A stretch of 64,000 nucleotides of DNA, taken from assembly GCA_045128515.1 (NCBI GenBank), contig JBGVRO010000029.1, forward strand, positions 25,585 through 89,584, in the 5' to 3' direction. The stretch comes from Eubacteriales bacterium (GTDB lineage: Bacteria; Bacillota; Clostridia; Oscillospirales; CAG-272). The notes under the pieces were generated by a model. It searched no databases. It was not told where the DNA came from and saw only the letters and a list, made by a program, of their open reading frames with translations. Positions 47,101 through 54,324 of this stretch are shown here, piece after piece (within the stretch, counting starts at the first letter, position 1; each line of letters begins with the position of its first letter). Both the position numbers and the translations under genes were made by a program.

Positions 47101-47739
47101 TACATCAACGACGAGCCTTTGATGCTTGATTGGAAGACATTTACATATAGCTTTACTGCTACTGAAAATGCTTATGAAATCACCGGTTCCTTTGAGAACG
47201 GTCTTAACCTTGCTCCCAGTGACTGGGGCAGATGGGATGACCACAACCAGGCTCATGGTGTATTGAATACTTATTATCCCAACAATAATGACTCCTGGTG
47301 GATGGCTATTAAGGGAAACCATAATTCACTTGCTATAAATGTACAGAATCAGTTGCCTATTGGAGAGACTGCAGATAACTTCTTCGTTTATCTGCGCGTA
47401 ACTATGGAAAACGGCAATACCTACACATTCCGTATTGGTACTGATAAGGGCGGCTACACCGCATATAACCGTGCAGGTATCCAGAACCCTGGTGATACAA
47501 GCGCAGACTGGAGCCATTGGAAGAATCTTTCTAAGTTTGATTCCAAGATTACTGCAGAGGGTGTAGAATTTAAGGTAGAGCGTCAGGGCGCTAATACACT
47601 TGTTCTCACTGTAGACGGTGAAGTAGTGGATACCTATACCATGAACGGTATCACCGCTGAAGACAAGATCGCTTCTATAGACATTAAGCATCAGGGAAAC
47701 AAGGGTAAATATGTTGATATTTCCTATGAAGTAAAATAA
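44137..47739 (+). CDS. 1200-aa surface lipoprotein with two Cys-rich repeat blocks and a triplicated roughly 255-aa ConA-like module
   Basis: Lipobox CLASC. CT(E)xG(M/L)TDGKKCS(V/I)CG repeats. Three modules start at 44686, 46141 and 46981. No family is recognised. Confidence 0.8.
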   Translation: MKKLLTLLLALAMVFCLASCQYLPEGFQSAIDGAIDNVMGMLGGETTCEHDWIGATCTAPKTCSLCGATDGEANGHTEETVAGTAATCTEAGMTDAKKCSVCGETTVEQTAIAALGHTEETVAGTPATCTEAGMTDGKKCSVCGVTTVEQTAIEALDHKAGEDDGDVTTAVTCERCDFVFVEAKEAITLTIPTFENGAVVADKMNYAIGDTVKLTVNPEFGYAQKLTIDGEPLMLDWNNNIYSFVAEKDTYVLDGTFEQGLTLNPSDAARWETGNQAHGILTTYYPANNDSWWMAFKGNYNSLSVNVQNQFAIADTKDNFFVYLRVTMENGNTYNFRIGTDKGGYTAYNRAGIQNPGDTSADWSHWKNLSKLDSKITAEGVEFKVERQGANTLILTVDGEVVDTYTMNGITAEDKIASVDVKHQGNKGKYVDISYVLTNGCDHVWVDATCTAPKTCSECGMTMGGKLEHTYTDYVSNNDATCTEDGTKTGTCVCGEKNTIADEGSALGHKEETVTGKAPTCTETGLTDGKKCSVCGVTTVEHNEIPANGHKDDDKNYKCDVCEANLCTDHAEEIVEGKDATCTESGLTDGKKCSICGSVILAQEVITAKGHKASEDDGDCTTAVKCANAGCDYIFVEALSHNPEADDGDVTTAVKCTNDGCTQIVVAAKEAITLTIPAFENGEVTADKKNYAIGDTVTLTIAPAGGYFQKLYINGEPLMLEWKTKTYSFVAEKDTYVIDGSFEPTLEVYAGDWGRWDNNNQAHGVLAAYYPNNNDAWWFKIKGDYSSFAINAKNYREIANSYEGGPDGGWRIALYMQLDNGNYYAFSMWINADKVYAYNHFGGNIDGVASTTGWGGAWCLLSDKNAEATAALNGNGAEFKLERIDGNHIQITFGGAVLETYEIPGVTADNKVVSVGLLHYGNKGAHVEIPFALTVPTVEEEPSVPNDDVTLTIGEFANGTVTADKESYKIGDTVTLTIAPAGGYFQKLYINDEPLMLDWKTFTYSFTATENAYEITGSFENGLNLAPSDWGRWDDHNQAHGVLNTYYPNNNDSWWMAIKGNHNSLAINVQNQLPIGETADNFFVYLRVTMENGNTYTFRIGTDKGGYTAYNRAGIQNPGDTSADWSHWKNLSKFDSKITAEGVEFKVERQGANTLVLTVDGEVVDTYTMNGITAEDKIASIDIKHQGNKGKYVDISYEVK
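45088..45442 (+). repeat. intragenic long direct repeat, copy 1 (near-identical to 47374-47728)
   Basis: Hand alignment of GATAACTTCTTCGTTTAT...GATATCTCCTACG against 47374-47728 shows only scattered, mostly third-position differences. Confidence 0.85.
47374..47728 (+). repeat. intragenic long direct repeat, copy 2
   Basis: See 45088-45442. Confidence 0.85.
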
Positions 47740-47762
47740 AAACCGCATATTTTCAAACCAAG

Positions 47763-47790
47763 AGGGGCGGCATCGCCGCCCCTTATTTCA
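47763..47790 (+). terminator. GC-rich hairpin terminator after the 1200-aa gene
   Basis: AGGGGCGG catc(g) CCGCCCCT followed by TATTT. Confidence 0.6.
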
Positions 47791-47886
47791 AAGGACATCA
47801 CTGAAAAATAATTTCTATCCTTATGGCAGGTGTTATTTTTGATTGATGTCTAATTAATCTGATTTCCAATACAGGAGGACGTAAAG

Positions 47887-50250
47887 ATGACAAAATGGAG
47901 AAGAATTTTATATCATCCCAACTTACCCTTATGCGAAAACGGTCAGCGTGTTACTGCCTGCGCTGAACATATAGAGCTTGCTAAAAACGCTGCTAAGGAA
48001 GGTATGGTTCTGTTAAAGAATAATGGTGGCATTTTGCCCTTTGCAAGGGGTACAAAGCTGGCTCTGTTTGGTATTGCTACTTTTGATTATGTCAAAGGTG
48101 GCGGAGGTAGCGGTGATGTAACGGTCTCCTACACGACGGATCTTTACGAGGGATTTAAGAAGCTTAATGACCGTGTAGAGGTTTGCGAGGAACTCGCAGA
48201 CTTTTACCGCAATTACATAAAGGAAATATCCGATACATTTTATTGGCCGGGTCAAAAGCCTGAGCCTGAGCTTCCGGATGCGCTGTGCGAAAGCGTCCGC
48301 GAGTATACCGATACTGCGGTAATCTCTATTTCCCGTTTCTCAGGTGAAGGCTGGGACCGCGATCTTAAAGGACATCCCATGTACGAGGAAGGAGATTTCT
48401 ACCTCTCTTATGCCGAAAGGGCAATGGTAGAGCAGGTAAAGAAGCATTTCCCAAAGATAGTTGTTGTTATGAACGTTGGCGGTATGGTAGATACCGAATG
48501 GTTCTGTAGCGAAAATGATATTCAGGGGGTGCTTATGGCTTGGCAGGGAGGTATGGAAGGCGGCACTGCGGCGGCAGAGCTGTTGTGTGGCATTGGTAAC
48601 CCCAGCGGAAAGCTGACAGATACCTTTGCAAAGCGCCTCGAAGACTATCCTTCAACCGAGAACTTCCATGAGTCGGAGAATTTCGTTGATTATTCGGAAG
48701 ACATTTATGTCGGCTACCGCTATTTTGAGACTATACCAGGCGTGGCAGAAAAGGTCAATTATCCCTTTGGCTTCGGTCTGTCTTATACAGAGTTTGATTG
48801 GGAAATAAATGGTGTAGAGCAAAAGAATGGAACCTTTACTGCTAAGGTTTCTGTTAAGAACATTGGAGACGTAGCGGGCAAAGAGGTTATTCAGGTTTAT
48901 GTCAGCGCGCCTCAGGGCAAGCTTGGAAAAGCAAGTCGTAGCTTGATCGCTTTCCAAAAAACAGAGTTTTTAGAGCCCGGTTGCACCCAGGAGTTAACCC
49001 TTACTTGGGATCTGTCGACAATGGCATCCTATGATGATATGGGCAAGGTAGCAAAAGCGGCATATATATTAGAAAAGGGCGAATATAATTTCCACATCGG
49101 TAATTCGGTGCGCAATACTATTCGTAGCGAATATGTATACAGATTGGATGAGGATGTAATCGTACAGCAGCTTAGCACGAAGTTACAGCCTAATGCCTTG
49201 AAAAAACGACTCCTTTCTGACGGCAGTTATGAGGAACTTCCTCTGTTTGAAAGAAAGATAGAATCCTGTGATTTTATGCCGGAAGTACCCATAGAGGTGC
49301 TAGACAACGTGTACACACCGATGCGACTTGTATCAACCGTACCACGTGGTAGAGTTGAAAGTGATATACATTGGTTCGACGAGGTGGCAGAGGGCAAGAT
49401 CACACTTGATGAATTCGTTTCCCAGCTTCCCGATGAAGCTATTTGCCATATGCTCGGAGGTCAGCCTAACTTTGGTGTTGCCAATACCTGTGGTTTCGGT
49501 AATTTGCCTGACTTTGGTGTTCCCAACGCGATGACGGCTGACGGTCCTGCCGGTGTTCGCATCAAAGAGGAATGTGGCGTGTACACCACGGCATTTCCGT
49601 GCAGCACACAGGTTGCTTGTACGTGGGATCCCCGAATTGCCTATGCAATCGGTGAAGCAGGTGCAAAGGAGCTTAAGGAAAACAACTTGGCGATTTGGCT
49701 GACGCCTGCGATCAATATTCACAGAAGCCCCCTGTGTGGCAGAAACTTTGAGTATTACTCCGAGGATCCTTTCGTTGCAGGTATGATGGCTGCAGGAATG
49801 GTGCGAGGCATCCAATCTCAAAAAGTATCGGCATCTGTTAAACACTTTGCACTCAACAATAAGGAAACCAATCGTAAAGAGAGTGATTCTCGTGTTTCCG
49901 AGCGTGCTGCCCGTGAAATTTACCTAAAGGCATTTGAAATTATTGTAAAAACTGCTGATCCGTGGTATATCATGAGCTCCTATAATCTGATCAACGGTGT
50001 TCGCGCATCGGAGTGCGCTGAGCTTCTGACCGATATACTGAGAGAAGAGTGGGGCTTTGACGGTATAGTAAGTACCGACTGGCACACCCATTCTGAACAC
50101 TACGTAGAAATCAATGCGGGCAATGATATCCGTATGCCCGGTGGCTTCCCGGATCGATTGCTTATGGCGCTGGGAAAAGGCGCAATTACCAGAGAAACAT
50201 TAGAAATCAGCGCAAAGCGTGTATTGAACATGCTGCTTAAGCTGGATTAA
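47887..50250 (+). CDS. GH3 glycoside hydrolase (beta-glucosidase/xylosidase type) with permuted domain order
   Basis: The N half resembles GH3 domain 2 plus an Fn3-like domain (EGMVLLKNNGGILPF...GGGSGDV; YPFGFGLSYTEF...GKEVIQVYVS). The C half is the catalytic barrel (ADGPAGVR ... VKHFALNNKETNR ... EEWGFDGIVSTDW). Confidence 0.85.
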   Translation: MTKWRRILYHPNLPLCENGQRVTACAEHIELAKNAAKEGMVLLKNNGGILPFARGTKLALFGIATFDYVKGGGGSGDVTVSYTTDLYEGFKKLNDRVEVCEELADFYRNYIKEISDTFYWPGQKPEPELPDALCESVREYTDTAVISISRFSGEGWDRDLKGHPMYEEGDFYLSYAERAMVEQVKKHFPKIVVVMNVGGMVDTEWFCSENDIQGVLMAWQGGMEGGTAAAELLCGIGNPSGKLTDTFAKRLEDYPSTENFHESENFVDYSEDIYVGYRYFETIPGVAEKVNYPFGFGLSYTEFDWEINGVEQKNGTFTAKVSVKNIGDVAGKEVIQVYVSAPQGKLGKASRSLIAFQKTEFLEPGCTQELTLTWDLSTMASYDDMGKVAKAAYILEKGEYNFHIGNSVRNTIRSEYVYRLDEDVIVQQLSTKLQPNALKKRLLSDGSYEELPLFERKIESCDFMPEVPIEVLDNVYTPMRLVSTVPRGRVESDIHWFDEVAEGKITLDEFVSQLPDEAICHMLGGQPNFGVANTCGFGNLPDFGVPNAMTADGPAGVRIKEECGVYTTAFPCSTQVACTWDPRIAYAIGEAGAKELKENNLAIWLTPAINIHRSPLCGRNFEYYSEDPFVAGMMAAGMVRGIQSQKVSASVKHFALNNKETNRKESDSRVSERAAREIYLKAFEIIVKTADPWYIMSSYNLINGVRASECAELLTDILREEWGFDGIVSTDWHTHSEHYVEINAGNDIRMPGGFPDRLLMALGKGAITRETLEISAKRVLNMLLKLD

Positions 50251-50275
50251 TATTTTTTGCACAGAGAGGTTTATT

Positions 50276-52072
50276 ATGTGCGAGCATATGAATTGTAATA
50301 TTCCTCGTCCAGAGCATCCCCGTCCCGATTTTATGAGAGATACCTTTCACAATTTGAACGGTGCTTGGGAATTTGCTTTTGACGATGGTAATATAGGTTT
50401 AAAAGAAGGCTGGTATAAGCCCGATTATAAATTTGATAAGATCATTACTGTGCCGTTTTGCTATCAAAGTGCGGCAAGTGGTATTGGTCCAACTGACGAA
50501 ATTCACCCGATTATGTGGTATCGCCGAAAATTTACCGTTCCTGAGGAAATGCAGGATAAAAGCATATTGATGAATTTTGGTGCGGTAGATTATGAGGCTA
50601 TGGTCTATGTAAATGGGATGGCCGTTGGTGGACATAAGGGAGGTTATACGCCTTTTCAGCTCGACGTTACCCCCTTTTTAAAGGAGGGTGAAAACGATCT
50701 GTGCGTTCGAGTAGTGGATATGCCTGATCCCATTCAGCCTCGCGGAAAGCAGTACTGGAAACAGGGATTATACTCCTGCCTATACACTGCCAGCAGCGGT
50801 ATTTGGCAAACCGTCTATATGGAGGCAGCGAGTGATCTGCGTATTGACTATATCCATGTTACGCCGGACATTGACAAAGGCTTGGCTTCGGTAGAGATTT
50901 TGCTTAACAGAGTTCCAAAGAGGGAAGTGACTCTTGATCTGGAGGTGAAGCTGGAAGAGAAGAAGATACGAAAGGTTACAACGACTACGATCAATCGAAA
51001 CGTAACGATCGTGATCGATATGGATACAAGGGATACATTTATACCGGTGGCATTGTGGTCGCCGGGCAATCCTTCACTTTATGATCTTAGAGTAAAACTT
51101 TTAGATGAAGAACTTAAGCTTGACCAGGTGGATACCTATTTCGGTATGCGTAAGGTAGAGGTACGGGACGGCGTGGTATATCTCAACAACGACCGCATTT
51201 ATCAAAAGCTTATTTTGGATCAGGGCTATTGGCCTGATACAATGATCACTCCACCCAGCGATGAGGCAATCCGTGAGGATTTGGAATGGACGAAGAAATT
51301 TGGCTTTAACGGAGCAAGAAAGCATCAAAAGATCGAAGATCCTCGCTACTATTACTGGGCAGATAAGATGGGCGTTCTTGTTTGGGGCGAGCTTCCCAGC
51401 GCCTTTGCTTTTACCGATGAAACGGTAGAAAATCTGACGGTTACGATGCAGGAATTTATTCGTCGCGACTTTAACCATCCATGCATTATTACTTGGGTAC
51501 CTTTGAATGAAAGCTGGGGCGTACCACAAATCGTTTCTAATAAGCGTCAGCAGAATACGGCATCGATGCTATATTATTTAACCAAATCGGCAGACGGCAC
51601 TCGAATTTGTTCCGGAAATGACGGTTGGGAACAGATGCACACCGACATTTGCGGTTTACACGATTACAATAGCACGAAGGAAGTGTTGAAGGAGCATTTT
51701 GCAGATCGCGATTTCATTGAAAAGAATACCTGTGACGGCCGACGTGCTTACGCAGATGGCTATATGCCTACAGGAAAAGAGGCATTTATGGTAACCGAGT
51801 ATGGAGGCATCGCTTTTGCTAATATTGGATTGCAAGGGGAGCTTGGCGGCATGGAGACGTGGGGTTATCACGGCAAGGAATCCGATGAAGAATCCTTCTT
51901 TGCACGCTATGAAGCTTGCACTGAAGCTATAACAGAGATTCCGTTCTGCCAAGGCTATTGCTACACTCAGTTAACCGATATTATGCAGGAGATCAACGGT
52001 CTTTTGACACCGGATCGCAAGCCGAAGGTAGATGTAGAAAGAGTCCGTCAAATCAATGAAAAAACACGCTGA
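50276..52072 (+). CDS. GH2 family glycoside hydrolase
   Basis: Sugar-binding N domain (NGAWEFAFDD, VNGMAVGGHKGGYTPF) and a TIM barrel with NHPCIITWVPLNESWG. Confidence 0.8.
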   Translation: MCEHMNCNIPRPEHPRPDFMRDTFHNLNGAWEFAFDDGNIGLKEGWYKPDYKFDKIITVPFCYQSAASGIGPTDEIHPIMWYRRKFTVPEEMQDKSILMNFGAVDYEAMVYVNGMAVGGHKGGYTPFQLDVTPFLKEGENDLCVRVVDMPDPIQPRGKQYWKQGLYSCLYTASSGIWQTVYMEAASDLRIDYIHVTPDIDKGLASVEILLNRVPKREVTLDLEVKLEEKKIRKVTTTTINRNVTIVIDMDTRDTFIPVALWSPGNPSLYDLRVKLLDEELKLDQVDTYFGMRKVEVRDGVVYLNNDRIYQKLILDQGYWPDTMITPPSDEAIREDLEWTKKFGFNGARKHQKIEDPRYYYWADKMGVLVWGELPSAFAFTDETVENLTVTMQEFIRRDFNHPCIITWVPLNESWGVPQIVSNKRQQNTASMLYYLTKSADGTRICSGNDGWEQMHTDICGLHDYNSTKEVLKEHFADRDFIEKNTCDGRRAYADGYMPTGKEAFMVTEYGGIAFANIGLQGELGGMETWGYHGKESDEESFFARYEACTEAITEIPFCQGYCYTQLTDIMQEINGLLTPDRKPKVDVERVRQINEKTR

Positions 52073-52131
52073 GTGAGATTTCGACAAAACTTACCCTTGT
52101 ACGAATCAGAATATATCATAGAGGTATTACA

Positions 52132-53385
52132 ATGAAAACCAAAGCTATTCGTTTGTATGGTGCGGATGATATCCGTTTGGAAGAATTTGAATTGCCTGAA
52201 ATTACCGCCGATGAAGTGCTGATCCGTGTGGTCAGCGACTCGGTTTGCGCTTCTACATATAAAGCTATTAAGCAGGGTAGTGCCCACAAGCGTGTACCAA
52301 ATGATGTGGCAGAAAATCCCATTATTATCGGTCATGAAATGTGTGGTGAAATCATTTCTGTTGGCGAAAATGTAAAGGAAACTTGGCAAAAAGGTCAAAA
52401 AATCGTTATTCAGCCTGCCTTGAAGCTGCCCACCGGCTATGACCCCGGATACTCGTATCCTTATATTGGTGGCAATACTCAGTATGCAGTAGTTCCCAAG
52501 GTTGTGTTGGAACGTGGCTGCTTGCTTCCTTACGAAGGCGATAGCTATTTTGCAGGCTCGCTTGCAGAGGCACTTGGATGCTGTATCCGCGGATATAAAG
52601 GCTTCTATCATACAGACTACACCAATTACGTGCGTACAGATGGCGCTAAAAAGGATGGCCGTATTGCCATTCTCGGCGGTGCAGGCCCTATGGGTATTGG
52701 CTGCGTAGAGTTGGCAGTGGGTTATGCCGGTGTATCTCAGGTAGTGGTAACCGATTTGAACCAGGAGCGCCTTGATTATGCTGAAAAAATGTGCGATCCT
52801 GCAAAAGCCAAGGAAAAAGGGGTAGATCTAAAGTTCATCAATACAGGAAATGTAGAAGATCCTGTAGAGTATTTGAAACAGATCTCTGACGGCGGTTTTG
52901 ACGACGTGTTTGTTATGGTGCCTGTTCCGGCCCTGTTCACCATGTCTGAAAAAATTTGTCGTGAGGATGGCTGTATTAATTTCTTTGCCGGTCCTCCTGT
53001 GCATGATATGCCCGGTAGCTTGAATCTGTATCGAGTTCACTACGACGGTATTCACGTTGTTGGAACTGCGGGTAGCATTCCCGAAGATATGACAGATATT
53101 TTGGACTTAATTAAGGATAACAAAATCAATGCCGGCGCACTTGTTTCCCATATTTTGGGTATGAAGGCAGTGCCTGAAACACTGTTCTCGATGGAAAAAC
53201 CCAGCGGAGCTAAGAAGGTATGTTACAATGAGCTTGATATTCCGCTGATTGCCATTGATGACTTGGATGAGCTTGGAAAAAACAATCCGATGTATGCCGA
53301 GCTGGCTGTTATTGTTAAAAATAACGGTGGTTTATGGTGCGATGAGGCAGAGAAGTATTTACTGGAGCATGCACCTCGTCTGTAA
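52132..53385 (+). CDS. zinc-dependent medium-chain dehydrogenase, SorE (L-sorbose-1-phosphate reductase)-like
   Basis: 417 aa. MKTKAIRLYG...VRVVSDSVCASTYK...GHEMCGEI and Rossmann motif ILGGAGPMG. Confidence 0.7.
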   Translation: MKTKAIRLYGADDIRLEEFELPEITADEVLIRVVSDSVCASTYKAIKQGSAHKRVPNDVAENPIIIGHEMCGEIISVGENVKETWQKGQKIVIQPALKLPTGYDPGYSYPYIGGNTQYAVVPKVVLERGCLLPYEGDSYFAGSLAEALGCCIRGYKGFYHTDYTNYVRTDGAKKDGRIAILGGAGPMGIGCVELAVGYAGVSQVVVTDLNQERLDYAEKMCDPAKAKEKGVDLKFINTGNVEDPVEYLKQISDGGFDDVFVMVPVPALFTMSEKICREDGCINFFAGPPVHDMPGSLNLYRVHYDGIHVVGTAGSIPEDMTDILDLIKDNKINAGALVSHILGMKAVPETLFSMEKPSGAKKVCYNELDIPLIAIDDLDELGKNNPMYAELAVIVKNNGGLWCDEAEKYLLEHAPRL

Positions 53386-53399
53386 AAAGGGGAGATAAT

Positions 53400-54320
53400 A
53401 TGAAAATATATACATTGACTTTGAACCCGGCTTATGATGTTCACGCATTTGTGAAAAGCTTGGCGCTAAACTGCGAAAATTTGGCACAGATTAAGTCGCG
53501 TGAGGCTGGGGGAAAAGGTGTTAATATAAGCCGTGCGCTTTGCAATGGTCAAATTCCTAATACAGCTATTATCGTGCTGGGAAAAGAAAATGGAGATGAG
53601 TTTAAAAATGCTATCTCCGCGATGGATTGCGTTTTGCTTGAAAAAGAAGGGAGAATTCGAGAGAATTTAACCTTCCATCATGAAAATGGAACCGAAACGC
53701 GCATCAGCTTTTCCGGTTTTTCTGTGGATGATAGCATCCTTGAAGAGGTGCTTAACAATATTGTAATTGAAAATGATACGATCGTTACGTTTACAGGCCG
53801 TATTCCTGTCGGTGTCAGTAAAGACAAGGCAAAGGATTTTTTAAAGGCCCTTCAGGGGAGGGGTGTGCGAATTGTTTTGGATTCCAAATCTTTTACGATA
53901 GAAGATATTTTTGAGATTAAGCCTTGGCTAATTAAGCCAAATCAGGAAGAAATATCTGATTATTTGGGTTGCGAAATCAAAACACTTTCGCAGGTGCTTG
54001 AAAAAGCGGCTGTATTTACCGAACACGGCATCACCAATACAATGGTAACACTTGGTGATAAGGGCGCAGCACTGCTGACCCAAGATAATGTATATATAGC
54101 AACCTGTCCTGTCATCTCTGCTGTTTCCACCATCGGCGCAGGCGATAGTACGATTGCAGGTTTTCTTGCAGGAGCTTATGCAGGTGAAACTGCGATGGTA
54201 TGCCTGAAATCTGCCGTGAGTTATGGAACGGCAGCTTGCTTGACAGAGGGCACTTTGCCACCCAGGAAAGAAGATATTGAAAAAATTTATGCACAAATAT
54301 GTGTGAGTGAGGTAATGTAA
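53400..54320 (+). CDS. PfkB-family hexose-phosphate kinase (1-phosphofructokinase / tagatose-6-phosphate kinase type)
   Basis: TLNPAYD ... GGKGVNISRAL ... VSTIGAGDSTIAGF motifs. Confidence 0.8.
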   Translation: MKIYTLTLNPAYDVHAFVKSLALNCENLAQIKSREAGGKGVNISRALCNGQIPNTAIIVLGKENGDEFKNAISAMDCVLLEKEGRIRENLTFHHENGTETRISFSGFSVDDSILEEVLNNIVIENDTIVTFTGRIPVGVSKDKAKDFLKALQGRGVRIVLDSKSFTIEDIFEIKPWLIKPNQEEISDYLGCEIKTLSQVLEKAAVFTEHGITNTMVTLGDKGAALLTQDNVYIATCPVISAVSTIGAGDSTIAGFLAGAYAGETAMVCLKSAVSYGTAACLTEGTLPPRKEDIEKIYAQICVSEVM

Positions 54321-54324
54321 CCTT

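Noticed and set aside
44203-47748. Very long antisense ORFs (740, 296 and 140 aa) opposite the 1200-aa lipoprotein gene.
   Set aside because: They mirror the internal repeats of the sense gene and have no start context. The sense strand has an RBS, a lipobox and domain-like repeats. I treat them as artefacts of codon bias.
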